A stretch of DNA of 64,000 nt from NCBI GenBank assembly GCA_047967505.1, contig CM106538.1; one strand, written 5' to 3'. This document shows, in pieces, positions 50,529-64,000 of this stretch. This stretch comes from Dipteris shenzhenensis (Eukaryota). The first letter of the stretch is position 1, and each line of letters begins with the position of its first letter. The notes beneath the pieces were generated by a model. It was not told the origin of the DNA and made no database searches. It saw nothing but the letters and a program-made list of their open reading frames with translations. The translations under genes and the position numbers were made by a program.

Positions 50529-52954
50529 GTGGACTCATGCTATTTGGCCTTTGATGGTACTGAGGAGACTACCTCGGAGTTTCAAAAGCTTTGTTACGAC
50601 CATGACAGTAGGACAGAGGACCAAACCTCAGACGTTTGAGGAGTTGGGTCCATTACTGCTACAAGAGGAAGCTAGGGAGAACCTCTACAACAACGACAAG
50701 AACGATAAGGCGCTGCTGGCAAAGGAAAGGGCAAGCCTAACCGTGGTAAGTCCAAGAAAGATGACTCTGATGACGAGGATACTTCCAAGAGGAAGCAGCA
50801 GAAGAAGTGCTTCTATTGTGACATGCCTGGACATTTTGCGAAGGACTGCAGAAAGAAGAAGGCGGATGAGAAAAACATAAGGAAGGAGTCCTTCAGAGGG
50901 AGATACAAAGGCCAAAGCAAATGTGGTAATTGAAGAGTTGTTCCTGGTGACATCTCCGTGTGTTACCAAGGTCAGATATGTTGACCTAGAAACCACAGTG
51001 AGGATGTCTGACATTGAGATGTGGGTCGATGAGGAGTCAGATGCTTTTGTGAAGGTGAAGGACAGCATGGAGTGCTTGGTACCTTCCAGGTGTGTGGTTG
51101 TTGACACTGACACGAGGGTGGATTCCATGGAGTGCCCTAGGGTTTCATGGTCAGATGGATGTTGTGCTTCAAAAGGGGACAGTACATGATTACACAGGCT
51201 ATTGGTGGATGCCTCGATGAGGTGCATGGTTTTCTTTCAGAGCAAGAACACCGGCAGTACGACGGTTTGGTAGGTACTTGATGTTCTACATTTGAGCCTT
51301 TATAGCATGTTGCGGAGAGACTCTGCTCTTCATTTGTCTCAGGTAATGTAAGATTGGAAGGAATTGGCCTTCTTCGAAGGCAAAAGGGGAAGTGTGGGTG
51401 CTTCTTCAAATCTCGGACGCAGATTGCTGGAAGGTGATGGACAAATAGTACCGAAGCCAGAAAAGTACCTGCTTGAGAACTCAACGAGAGTTCATGGTCC
51501 AGGTTATCTGGAAATATTCGTTGGTTGCAGACCTTGCCAAAGGAAGGACGGGGCATGGTGCCTAGACTCCAAGTTGTTCACTCATTATGAGGGGGACAGC
51601 TCGAAGATCGTGACGGGTGGATTGCTCCAATTCGAAGGCAGGAACGTGACTGAAGATGGTGGTGCCATGAGGTGCTACCAAAGATGGATCTGTGTACTAG
51701 GATGGTGTGCGGAAGCGGAACCAGACCTGGTGGAGCAGGAGCCACTGGATGAAAAGCCAAGAAAAGATTTCGACATCGAAAAGTTCTAGAGGACTACGAC
51801 CAGGGAGTTACTGGAGCATCATCATCGATGTGTTGGCATTGGGCCTGGATGTGTCGGTGAGAGGGGGCATTGGACTGTTCACCTCTCCATCTATAAGCCC
51901 CCATATGAGGAGAGCATGGGGGGGGTGGACCTAGGGATGTATAGATTACCACATGGGTATAGAATGGGGCTGCCACATGAGCAGCACATGAGCTGTCATG
52001 TGGACAGCACAAGAAATGCATTAGAAAACTTTGGTGCAGGAAAGATGGAGGGGGCAGGTAGCCCTAGATTTGGCCTGGCAAGACCGAACTTCAGATCAGG
52101 CATACGGCCTGCAACAGGGCCCTGAGAAGGGCACGATGACATCAGCAGAGTACGGACCCATTGTACGGGGCTGTACAGAGGCCTACTGGCTGGAGGATAG
52201 GGCTGATAGTGTCCTGGCTGAAGGCGGGATCTGCAGTGGCCAAAGGCGCCTGCATGGCAGGGCCTTTGAGCCTTGTATGGAGCCTGCAACAGCTCGAGAA
52301 CAGGGCCAGCAGGTGGGCAGAGTGCCTGGGCCCATGGCGGGCTGCCACGTGGGTCTAAAGAACAGCCCCAACCAGGTCGATTTACAGATTGGGGGGGGGC
52401 AGACTGGTCAGCCCAAACAGACCCTAAAAGTCGGCCCTACCAGGTTGGTTGGTTCAAGGGCCTTGTGCCCTAGAAAAGGAGAGGCCCCTTGGCCTCATTT
52501 TATATCTTCTAGAGCAGAAAAACACCAGCAGTCAGGAGCAGCAGGAGACCTACTCTTGGAGCCTATTCCTGGAGGACCAAGAGAGAAGGAAGAGCTGCAG
52601 ACTGAGCTTGGAGGGCTGCCTACCTAGGCTGACACTCAGGGCAGCAAGGTAGAGAAGACCACTCTGGACAGAGAGTCTACATACGCTCGCGGTGGAGCAC
52701 GCGGGCTCAGAGATCTAGAAGTGCTTTACATCTAGTAGGAGAACCTTTTGGTATTGTATCCTGTCCTACTTTGTGGACAGACGGAAATATAAAGTGTTGC
52801 TTCTATATTTGTCTCTGAGCATTGTCTATTTACTGGCTTGCACATCTATGCACATTAAGTTAAGAAGTTTGTGATTCCACACCCCACACCACACTGTGTG
52901 AGCTCTTGGGCAATACTATAAGAATTCCGCTGTGCATACCCTCTGTTTCTAACA

Positions 52955-53203
52955 GATGTGATCTAGAATAGAGTGTTGTCTCCTGAATCCTGCTTGCCCT
53001 AGTGCCTGTTGTTCCCGTGCCTCTGTATGACTGCTGATCTTCCTCTCTAGTACCGATCCATAAATTTTGGCTAGTGTGTGGCCAATCATGAGGGTGCAGT
53101 AGTTCCCAATACCCATGGGGTCTCTTGCTTTGTTTATCGGTACAATAGTGGTGGTGCTCCACGCCGGTGGGAAGCCGTGGCATACACCTTGGTTGAACAT
53201 CTG
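52955..53203 (-). mobile_element. RTEX-like LINE RT fragment
   Basis: MFNQGVCHGFPPAW...GQAGFR. Confidence 0.85.
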
Positions 53204-54046
53204 TGGCCGCCCAGGGCACCCTTATATAGGGGCATGTGACTGGCCAAGTCGGCCCAACCAGGGCCACTGACCAGGGCCAACCCTGGTCGGTTTATGGGGC
53301 CCTATGGTCGGCCACCAGACAAGGTAACCGACCCTGCTGGTCGGTCATTTGAAGGTGCCTGGGCAGAGCCTATAAAAGGCCCACTTCTGCATTCAGCCCA
53401 GCATCCAATGCATTACAGAAAGCCCTTCTCCAAGGTAGTGTTCAGCACTCAGATGTGGGACAGTTTTGTGAGAAGAAAGAAAGAAAGAAAGAAATTTTAT
53501 TAGAGTCTTCGGAAGACCCATGGGTCTATGAGACTGAAGGAAAACCTGATACAAATCACAGTAAGGGTGGAGCTACTGAAACGAGCATCATCACCCGTGC
53601 TGAACCCTAAGTCTGATCATACATAATCAAATACATTTGGATGTAACAATGAAAAGAAAAGAAAAGGATTGGAGCGGAGCGGAATCCTCCGTATGTCAAA
53701 ATGGCAAAATTGGAAATTGTGTGCCATTTCCTATTGCCATTTCTAGCTAGTTTTGTAGTCTTCGTAGTTCCATCCTCTACTGAGTAACAGTTCAGTACAT
53801 CCCCGCTGGGAGAGAGAGTTCATCAGTTTTCTCCAGCACCCTGCTGTGATTTGTATTGCTCCCTTGAAGCCATTTTTCTGCCCACCATCCGGTGGATGAA
53901 TATACTCTCTCTCTCCGTCTATACTTGCTGTTATTTCTGAGTGTGTGTTTGTTGCATCTGTGATCATCTATCTAAGTTGAGTGTGTAAGAGTTGGAGAGA
54001 TCTTGGGTGGAGGATTGAGTGATTCATTCCCTCCTCATTTCTAACA

Positions 54047-54464
54047 GGAAGATGCCTCAAAACCCTTGGTTTGATGACAAGTGCACAGAGCACAACGTAT
54101 CTTCCAACGGTTGGCACGCCGCAAGCAACGGGCCATCCTCACACACAGGATGGATGAGATCATCAGATCTTTTCGAGGGGGAGACCCGACCATTGGATAG
54201 GGGCTTCTTTTGGAGGGGCAGCCACCCATTCCCATTACTGATCTGGGATTGTGGCACACTTATGCATGCTCCTTGTATGATGTTCTGATGCAGGCACCAC
54301 CGGACATGTCCTCTATGCCCAAGCCCACTACCTGTCAATTATTCACCACACAGAATTTGTGGCTGCACTCCGCCAGCTATATAGCCGGAAATAACAAAAT
54401 CATGAGGGCATACGGACTAAGCATTTTGCACATAGCCAAGAGATCCTAGCCCCGGTTCTTTGTC
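54047..54464 (+). mobile_element. RTEX-like LINE fragment (inverted relative to its neighbours)
   Basis: MPQNPWFDDKC ... EILAPVLC. Confidence 0.75.
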
Positions 54465-56665
54465 TAGGTAGATGAAAGGGCCACTGTGGGTTGCTTCTTA
54501 CTCAGCCAAGAGATGGCACCAGATGCAAGTAAGAAGCAATACCTTGTTGTTGATCTTGTGGTGTCAGCATCACCCGCCCAATCACTGTCACAGAACCCGC
54601 CTAGTTCGATGCCTTTGGTGTAGGTGATCCCGTAGGTGCAAGTACCCTTTAGATACCTTAGCAACCGTAACCCGCATCCCAATGACTCTTTCTGGGAGAA
54701 GCAGAGAATTGGCATAATAGCCCAACTGCATAACAAATATCAGGTCAAGTATTGGTAAGGTAAAGCAAGCTTTCTACCAATCGTCGGTACAAAGGAGTAT
54801 CGACCGGCTGAGATGTTTCGTGAACACTTAGCTTGAGTCCGACCTCAATGGGAGTTACTATTGTCCTGCAATCCTCCATCTGAAATCTCTTCAGAAGTTC
54901 TCTGCAGTATTTCTCCTGTGAAATGAAGATCCTGTCTTTGGCCTGCTTCACTTCTATCCCAAGGAAGTAGTGTAATAACCCAAGGTCAGTCATCTCAAAC
55001 TTAGTCATGAGTAGCTCCTTGACTTGGGAAATCTTCTTGACATGGTCGCATGTCAAGATAAGATCATCAACATAGAGGATGAGTACCAATCGCAACCCCT
55101 TCTCAATGAACAAGTAGAGGTTTGCCTTAGAAGGGCTCCGACTTAGCCCTATCTTCTGAAAGAATACATCTATCCTTTGGTACCAAGCTCTGGGGGCCTG
55201 TTTCAGCCCGTATAATGCCTTCTTCAACCTGTAGACCTTTAATGGGGACCCTGGATCTTGAAAACCCTGTGGCTGCTCTACGTACATCTCCTCTTCCAGG
55301 GCTCCATTAAGGAATGCGAACTTTACGTCCATTTGAAAAATAGGCCAATGGAATTGGGCAGCACGGCCAATCACTGTTCGGATAGTAACCATGCGAGCTG
55401 TGGGAGCAAAAGTTTCATCAAAATCTATGCCTTCAGGCTGAGCAAAACCTTTGACCACTAATCTTGCTTTATACTTATCCAAGCTGCCGTCCGATTTGAA
55501 TTTAAGTTTGTATACCCACTTAGTGCCGATGACTTTCCGTCGCGGGGGCCTGGCCACTAAGTCCCAGGTATTGTTCTTCAGGATAGCATCCATCTCTGCC
55601 TGCATGGTAGCCTGCCATTCTGGATTGTCCTTTGCCTCCTCAAAGGACCTTGGCTCTTCAAGCCGAGCCACCAACGCAAAGTTCACGGATGGGGTCTTCT
55701 TAAGACGTTGGGACCGATGCAATCCGGAACTGCTACTCTCAGGTATATCGGTGACTCGAGAGTCTTCCAATGTTCTTAGGTACCATTGGGGCAACCTCTT
55801 CTGCTTCTCAGTGGGAGGAGGAACTGGAACTGCTTCTGGAACATCCTGCTCTTCCTCAGTACCTTGTGGAATATCACCTTCCGATTTCGCCACCTCTTGG
55901 ATGGTCAACCTGGGGCGGGGTGGGTTCGGGGATTGAACAATCTCCTCCTCCTCAACCTGAGGCTCCTCCTGGGGTTCAGATTCCTTTTCCTCGAAGATGA
56001 CATCCTGACTGATAAGGATTTGCTTCTTTACTGGGTCGAAGAGTCGTTAGGCCTTGGATTCTTCGCTATACCCAACAAAGATACATTTTTTGCTCCGGGA
56101 ATCAAGCTTGGTCCTCTCTTCCTTGTGCACATGCACCCATGCGTTAGAACCAAAAATGCGAAGATGAGTGATAGAGGGCTTCTTACCATAAAATGCCTCA
56201 TATGGAGTCTTGTTCTTGACGGCCTTCGTCTTGGTCCTGTTGAGGATGTGTATTGCTGTATGGACAGCTTCACTCCAATAGGCTTTAGAAAGGTTTCTCC
56301 CTCGTATCATAGCAAGCCCTGCCTCCGTGGTGGTTTTGTGCTTCCTCTCGGCTACCCCGTTCTGTTGAGATGTACGTGCTGTGGTGAGTTGTCGCTTGAT
56401 CCCATGCTTGCGACAAAATGTGTTGAACTCATTGGAGGTGAATTCTCCCCCCCTGTCTGTACGGAACATCTTGACATTCTCCCTTGTCTCCTTTTTAACT
56501 TTGGCCTTCTAGTCCTTGAATTTCTCGAAAGCCTGTAACTTTTTAGCCAAGCAATACACCCAGGTCATTCTACTGAAATCATCCGCGAAGAGAAGTGAGT
56601 ACCTGGATCCTGTCCACGATGATGTAGACATTGGGCCATGAACCAACTCAAGTGGTTTGCTGGCC
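54465..56665 (-). mobile_element. Copia pol fragment (integrase-RT-start of RNase H)
   Basis: RTDRGGEF, QQNGVAER, YKARLVVKG, LYGLKQAPRAW, LYVDDL and GFCDSDWAG. Confidence 0.93.
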
Positions 56666-56777
56666 CACATAAGTTAAGAAGTTTGTGATTCCACATCCCA
56701 CATGCACACTGTGTGAGCTCCTGGGCATTACTATCAGTCTTCCGCTGTGTGTACCCTCTGTTGGGTCATTTCTAACA
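56666..56777 (+). mobile_element. LTR 3' (U5) tip of the same type as the TR-GAG LTRs
   Basis: AAGTTAAGAAGTTTGTGATTCCAC...TTTCTAACA matches 49400-49505 and 52857-52954. Confidence 0.85.
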
Positions 56778-57085
56778 CTTCCCATCTTAGACCCGTGTGG
56801 ATCGGGTCGTAGGAAAGGATCTGGCAATGGCGTCCTATACTATTGAGGCAAGGGTGTCTGAGGCGTGGGCGAGGTCTATATCATCTCCTAGTAGGGTCGG
56901 AATCTCTCTAGCTAAGTAACTCACATATACTGGGTCAAGGGCACGGTCAAAGTGGATCTAGGTGCGAACAGGTGTGGCAGGAGCTCTCTCTGTGATTGGC
57001 ATAGTAGCAGAGATGCAGATGGCTAGATATGAATGGTCAGCTCCGAGTGGGGGAAGGGGTATTGTGAGGTCATGTATTCGTAAAG
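56778..57085 (-). mobile_element. RTEX-like LINE endonuclease fragment
   Basis: PLPPLGADHSYL ... AIARSFPTTRSTRV. Confidence 0.7.
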
Positions 57086-57099
57086 CGAGAGCCAAATGC

Positions 57100-58010
57100 T
57101 AGTGCGGTTGATTGTCATGTATGTAGCACCCTTTCGAGGATGCGATCTCCCGAAGATAGACTAGACGAAATTTGAGCGGCTACAGGTGATTATGAGGTCT
57201 AGGATGATTCGGTGTAAGCCTTCAGTCCCACATGAGATAGTATAGGAAGAGGTCACCATGACACCTCTCTAGATTGATGCCATCTTCAGATAGTGACATT
57301 CATTCACAGAGTCTGGGACTTACCTCACTAGAGTCTTCCTAGGCTGGCCCTGGAGACATCCAGACGATGAGCGGAGGGTGGGCAGATACATGATATGCAC
57401 ATATATCCACATGGCTTGCCAGGCACAGTATCCAGATGGACAGACTCCCCCCCTTTTAGTACAGCATGGATGCACCTCGTGAGTTGATCCCACGAGATGA
57501 GATCAACTGTATCATACAGTTAGATTTCCTCCACCTCCATACATCTCGGACTTGGGGAGGGGACTAGGAGCTCCTCACCAAGATCTAGTTCTACCGTGAC
57601 CACTTCCTAAGAGTATGGAAGGAAGGATTCATCATCAGACCCCAATACCTCGAGGACAAAGATGCCATTGGACAAATGCGGGTTTTGTCCCACCAGTTGA
57701 GGATCGAAGCAGGGAGAGCAGCAGAGGTATACCCAAAGAGCAGAGGATTTGCACACTATGCATGATGGGGGCGGTTGAGACACAGGAGCATTTCCTTTGT
57801 ATTTGCCCAACCTACTATGAGATCCAGGGGCCCACTATCATACTGATCCATTTCCATGACCAGGTTTGCATTGGGCTCTATCTAATGGAGATGCGCCGAC
57901 ATAGGGAGACACTAATGCGACAAATAAGAGAGCAACAGGAGGTGGCTAGACCACAGGACATAGAGGTTAAACAGACACAGTGTCACGTCATAGGCTTCTA
58001 CACATTTTAG
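57100..58010 (+). mobile_element. Decayed LINE ORF2 3' end
   Basis: RLPPF..SMDAP and RICTLCMMGAVETQEHFLCICPTYYEI zinc-finger motif. Confidence 0.7.
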
Positions 58011-58614
58011 TCAGCTCCAAGACACAGCGGAGTAGAGGAGGAGCTAGCTGATATGAGGGCAGCTTGGATCAGTCGAGAGAGCCAACACGATGCCTCCGAG
58101 AAAGAAAGAAATTTTATTAGAGTCTTCGGAAGACCGATGGGTCTATGAGATTGGAAGAAAATCTGATACAAATCAGAGTAAGGGTGGAGATACCGATGGG
58201 TCTATGAGAGACGGACACAAAGACCACGCGCGAGATAGAGAGTGCCCAGATCACATTCTATTGAGGTCTGACCTATCATAGCTTTCCTTAGGGGGGATCG
58301 ACAGAGATGAAGCCTAGAGAGTTCAGAGATCGAGGAGACCACATCCCCCGCCATAGTGCGAGACAGCTCGACAAACACAAATACGAGATATTTTCCTAGC
58401 TCACCAGAGAGACATCACTGTACCGGCCTTCGGTTTCTGAGTCCCATCTCCGTAACTGACTTGATTCAATTTGTACTTGATTGATTATGATCATTATGAT
58501 TCTGCCAGTATAGATTAGTACTCAGCAAGGGCCCTAGTGTGCCCTTGTTTGAGTATATTTTTTGTGTGCACTTTGTCCCATAGGCCCGCGAGCCCTCCCG
58601 CGGACGTTAATAGA

Positions 58615-58843
58615 TCTCTCTCTCTCTCTGTCTCCCTAGAATGGCCTCACTTCCTCTCCAACCACCTGTGAATCCATTCCCTACTGCCACGGACTAGAAC
58701 CTACTCTCTATCCATCTCACGTTATCCCCCTCTCTGTTTCTGCCCTCCTGAACAGTCCCATCCCCCTCTCTGACCTTGCCTCAGCCCCCTCTCTCCCTCT
58801 ACCCTCTTGCACAGTTCCGATCACCGTCCCCATCTCGCCTTAG

Positions 58844-58896
<53 letters not shown>

Positions 58897-61800
58897 CAGC
58901 TCCCCCCGCCGCCTACCTCTGGCTGCCTCCTGCCTCTCCTCTCGTGCCTCCTGCCTCTCCAGCCCCCCGCCGCCTACCTCTCGCGCCGCCTGCCTGCCTC
59001 TCCAACCCCCCCCCGCTTGCCTCTCTAGCCCCCCACCGCCTGCCTCTCCAGCTCCCCTGTCGCCTGCCTCCAGCTCCCCGTCGCCTGCCTCCTCCTCGCC
59101 GCCTGCCTCCTCCCCCTCGTCGCCTGCCTCTCCAGCCCCCCGTCGCCTGCCTCTCCAGCTCCCCCCCGCTACCTCCATCCTGCTGCCTGCCTCCTCCCCC
59201 CCGTTGCCTGCCGTCGCATTCCCTCTCCCTCTTCCACGCTGCCTCCTCCCTCGCCTGCGCTGCCTCTTACCTCACTGCCTAGACCTGCAACACCCGTTGC
59301 CCCTGCCTCGTGGTCTGAGGGCCCTTGTTAGCTGCAAGCCTTGGCTTGCCACTGGGCCTGTGCAGGCCTGCGCACCCCTACAGCAATGCTGAACAAGATC
59401 TGCCTCTGCAGGAAATCGTGCACCTAAACAAGTTCTACAATGGCCCACAAACCCAAACAGTCTTCGAAGCCAATTGTGGGAGACATCGCAAAGCGCATCT
59501 CCAGGAGTGGATTAGCAATTGACAGCCAACCAGTCCTGAAAACATCGGGTGCAATGGGCACCAATGCAGTTCTTTCTCCCGCAGCCATCATCTCTACTCC
59601 GACCACTGCCTCCCCCACCAGTGTACCAAATACCCTCAGCCTGCCTCCCACTCCAGCTCCCCCACAGTTCCTCACCCCCCACACAGCTCCCTTTTGTCTC
59701 CACCACTCTTATGTCCCCCCTTCCCCTCACCCGGCAGCCTTTCTCCACTCCCCTGCCATATACAGCCAGCCCATCTCCCATGCCCCACCAGCCCTACGCC
59801 GTGTCCTAGTTCGCACCCCCTCGGGTCCCACCTGAGACGATAGATTACATCTTTACGGAGCTACATCGACTACGGGATCATACCGTAGCACAAGATCAGC
59901 TTATTCAGAGCATGCGCTAGGAGATCACTCACCTCCGTCAGGAGGTTCTCTCTCACTTCTACAGTCACAGCGGCCCCGTGCACTACACTAGAGGTGGGGG
60001 AGCGGATCGCTACCATCGAGACTGCTATTGCGGAGACTACCAGATGGGTGGACGTTGCGAGACGGGTACCCAAAGTAGCAGTCTCAGCCACCATCGCCGA
60101 GCAAGAACAGAGGGCCAGTAAGGCTCTCAACATCTGAGTATGAGGTATCCCCCGCGCAGATTCACTCACCTCCTTAGCGGACGCGACTGCTTTCGTGACC
60201 TCTACCCTCGGCCTCGTCGAGCATGGGATCGAGCATGCATGGCGCACAGGATGGGACCCCACGCGCCCACAGCCACTCATCATCCGATTCAGGGATACTC
60301 ATGCTCGACTTGTAGCTCTTAGGCAGCGTGCTACACTACGGGACCACCCTACTATCATCATGGATGAGGATCTCACACCTATGCAGGTGGAAGAGCGGTG
60401 CACCCTGCTTCAGCAGCGAGATGTAGCCCGTCAGGAGGGGAAGTGGGCTGTCGTCCGAGATGGCCGCCTATTAGTTGGCCCCTACCGTCGAGCCCCACCA
60501 GGTACTCTAGACACGGTAGCAGGCTCCCCCTCCAAATAGGGAGACATGGTCTATGAGATGCAGACTCAGCACACAGTACCCTTGGCATGCACCATATGGA
60601 ACTGTAATGGTACCCTATGGTCTGACCCTGGGAACTTCTCAGAGTCATACAATGGACGCGACATCGTTTTCTATACAGAGACACATCAGAGCCCCGAGCG
60701 CCCTCTCCCCTCGGTCAGTGGCTATACCTGGGAGTCAATATTCCACGAGGAGACCAGATACACTGGGGGGGTCCAAGGATCAGGCGGAGTTGCAGTACTC
60801 TTTCGTTCAGCACTCACGAGCTTGATATCCGTGGTTAGACTGGATGTCCATGCCCGTTACCTATGGCTCTGATTTCAACGCCCCTCCACACGCGACCTCT
60901 TTATTGCAGTCTGCTACTTTCCTCCTGAGACGTCACATTTCGCACGGATGCTACGTGAGGATACGGGGGTATCGCCCTATTTAGATCTCTACTCAGACAT
61001 TGTGGAGTTCTCCAGACGCGGAGAGGTCCTCCTAGTTGGGGATTTCAACGCAAGGACAGGTGCACATCAGACATCACTCCTGGACTTCCACTCAGATCCG
61101 GTCCTATTACCTGAGATGGACATAGAGGACTCGGGCTTCCCCCACTCCTCGGCTGACAGTCGCGCTCTCGTTACTGCGTATGGGTAGGCTCTTTTGGACC
61201 TTGGACGTATACATGACTTGGTCATCTACAATGGACTAGACCGGTGGCCTGCCTCCTCTGGTTTCACATGTTTTCCACATGGCGGAGGAGCCAGTGTCGT
61301 CGACTACATTCTGGGATCTCTTGCTTTAGCCCCACAGATCACTGACTTCCGTACTGCGCCCTTACCCCTAGGAGCCAACCACACTTACCTGTTCTTTCAT
61401 ATCCTTGCGCCTCGAGTCCCTCCCAGCCACACCCCGCACTACACTACCTATCAGGATATACACTTTGATCATAACCTCTCACCTGATTACTCAGCCCACC
61501 TAGCCTCCCTCCTCAAACACATAGACACCATACCCTCTCTAGATCACCGAGCCGCCCTTATCACCCACTCCCTTCACAATGCAGCCCGCCACAATTTTCC
61601 TTCCACTACTCGGTCCACCCGCCCTCCACCCGCTGGCTCCACCCCTTGCAATAGCTAATATGATGACGAGTGTAAAGCATTACGCTGCACACTCCGACTC
61701 ACGACCCAGTGAAACGCTAGGGCCAACCCACATCTCACCAAGGATTATCGTCGACTAGTCCGTCGCAAGAAGCTAGCCTTCCTGTGCCAGAATGAGGATA

Positions 61801-64000
61801 CGCTACTGAACATAGCAACTCCAAGGATTTCTCGAGGAAATTTTTAGAACGCCGATCCCCCTCCCCCCTCACAGACACTTTCCTCTGGCACTCCTACGCA
61901 CGTACACTCTATGATATCCCTGATCAGCCTCCTCCTGACCTCTCAGCCACCCCCCGCCCCACTTCTTGCACCCTCTTCACAACCCAGGGAGTCACCCACG
62001 CAGCGCTTAAGCTTCACAACGGCCAAGCTAAGGATCATGAGGGCCCATGCACAGAGTTTGTTGCCTATGGCATCAAAACTCTAGCCCCCATCCTGGCAAC
62101 GCTGTTCAATGAAGCTGTCTGCCACGGGTTCCCCAGAGCCTGGACCCTGAACACTATCACACCCATCCACAAAGCAGGAGATCCCATGGATCCAGGGAAT
62201 TACAGGACCATCATGATTGGACATGTTATGTCCAAGATCTATGCATCAGTGTTAGATGGTGAGGTCAATGCTCGCGCAGAGGTACAGGGGCTCAGGGCAT
62301 CCGGATAGGCCGGTTTCAGGACGGATCACTCGACTTACGATCACATTTTTACACTTAGAGGGATCATTGAGGAGGCCAAACACAGGAGACAGGGAGTATA
62401 TTGTTGCTTTGTGGATTTCCGCAAGGCATTCGACACCGTTTTCCGCGCCCGACTCATCAGACGCCTGCAGGAGTTAGGCTACGACTCGGAGGTTATCAGG
62501 GCACTAGTAGCTCTCTATGAGCGGGTGATGGGCCATATTGGCACCAGCTGGACCCTAGAGATCACGAGCACTATCGAAGTCAAACAAGGATGTCCCTTGT
62601 CACCGACTCTATTTGGCCTCTACATCGACGAGCTCGAGACCACCATCAGGACACTCGGAGGTGCAGGCTGCTCTCTTGCGGAGGCTGTCATCCAAATTCT
62701 CCTATACGCAGACGATGTAGTACTACTATCCTCTTCTGCTACTGGTCTTTAGCGACACCTGGATGGACTTCAGGTCTTCTGTGATACACATGACTTGAAG
62801 GTCAACCTTGGGAAAACCAAGGTGATGATCTTCAACACTTCCAGACCCGCTATGCACCGAGAGTAGTTTCTCTTCGCCAGTGACCTTGTTGAGATAGTTG
62901 ACTCTTACACATACTTGGGCATTGTCTTCTTAGGCCCGATCTTCACGATGCGCCCGGCCATGTAGGCCAGGATCAGCCGGGGCTACGCTGCTCTTGCCAG
63001 GCTGGAGCGACAGTGCTACCACTCCCACTTCGAGGACCCGCGGACCAAGTCTCTCCTTTTTTATTCTTTGGTCCGCCCGGCAGGCATGTACGGTAGCCCG
63101 TGGTGGGGAGCCGACCTTTCAGACACAGAGTGGGCTCGAGTCGAGCACCTACAGATACTGATGTTTGCTTGGATGATCCGCAGCAAACCATCGGTACCAC
63201 ACCAGATCATTCTGGCAGAGTTCGGCGCCTCACCCCTACAGCTCGATGCGGCTTTCCAGGCTATCACTTATCTACATAGAGTCAGGGATTTCAGCTCCTC
63301 CTCCGACGGTCGCCTCTGCCTACCTTGGCTAGCCCTATCCTCCTCTATGGCCTTATCTGTTGATGGGGACCAGAGATGCTGGTATAGTCGTCTTTCCAGT
63401 TGGTTCACCCGACTGGGCCTCGACTTAGACCGGTTGCCTCCTTTTCAGTACAGCCTCGATGCTCCACCATCTCCCCTCTCCCCCACTGACCAGGAGGTCA
63501 ACCGGCTCATTCGAGCGGATCTGCTCCAGCTTCACACCTGGTGGACATGGTTTCTTCACCCCGAGCTTCCTATGAAGCTCGACTTCTACTGCCGACACTG
63601 CCTCCAGATCTCACAGGAGGGCTTCATCACACCTCCGGGTTACACATACCTTCATCTACCACATGCGCTCCGGATCTCCCTCGGTCAGTTTAGGGTTTCG
63701 TCACACACCGATTACGGATCGAGAGCGGACGCGCAGAGGGTATCCCACGAGAGGGCCGCCTTTGCCCACTTTGCGATTTGCAGGAGATCGAGTCGGAGGA
63801 GCACTTTGCTTTCAGATGTCCTATCTATTATGCCATTCGAGGCCGATACCACTGCCTCTTTCGCGACAGATTCGGCCCCCTCCCACACATGCTGCAGTTC
63901 TCGGATCAGCGATGCCTAGCCGCTTTCTTACATGAGATGACTCGCCACCGAGATACCTCTCTCTGAGCATGGTGACACGCGCAACACACACAGCGTGAGG
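58615..64000 (+). mobile_element. Near full-length decayed RTEX-like LINE (CT-rich 5' UTR, ORF1 ~59440-60539, ORF2 ~60546-63966)
   Basis: ORF1 PLIIRF..DEDLTP..GRLLV. APE motifs WNCNG/TETH/GDFNART/VVDY, RT DFRKAFD/KQGCPLSP/LYADD, C-terminal EEHFAFRCP. Stops and frameshifts throughout. Confidence 0.9.

Larger units (their letters stand above)
43913..52954 (+). mobile_element. Second TR-GAG-like element (5' LTR truncated and interrupted; 3' LTR 51868-52954)
   Basis: Homologous to the 29857-34186 element. Degenerate PBS at 49506, gag ~49660-50880, PPT ending at 51867. Confidence 0.88.

Noticed and set aside
58776-59282. Pro/Arg-rich ORF
   Set aside because: CT-rich LINE 5' UTR.

Overview
Eukaryotic, transposon-saturated plant DNA. 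It is probably a non-angiosperm such as a fern, inferred from the 5.8S motif GAACTGCAGAATTCC and RTEX-type LINEs. Left to right: a Gypsy-type 3' LTR abuts an orphan, decayed 45S rDNA unit (ETS-18S-ITS1-5.8S-ITS2-5' 26S) that is cut off by a chromovirus remnant. Next come a ~2.8 kb LTR+PBS containing a tRNA-like Pol III A/B box, a GC-rich satellite, and a Copia 3' end fused to an endogenous caulimovirid RT-RNase H pseudogene. The last two coding exons of a minus-strand host gene lie at 15.0-15.8 kb. The remaining ~48 kb is nested retroelements: three TSD-flanked Copia elements, two gag-only (TR-GAG-like) LTR elements, RTEX-like and L1-like LINEs, an EBS/SHL BAH-domain gene fragment and two local inversions. 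No intact autonomous element, functional rRNA gene or complete host gene is visible. The most unusual structure is a gag-only LTR element inserted with leftover PBS and PPT bases outside its LTRs and a 7-bp TSD. All calls come from reading the sequence by eye; no database searches were run.
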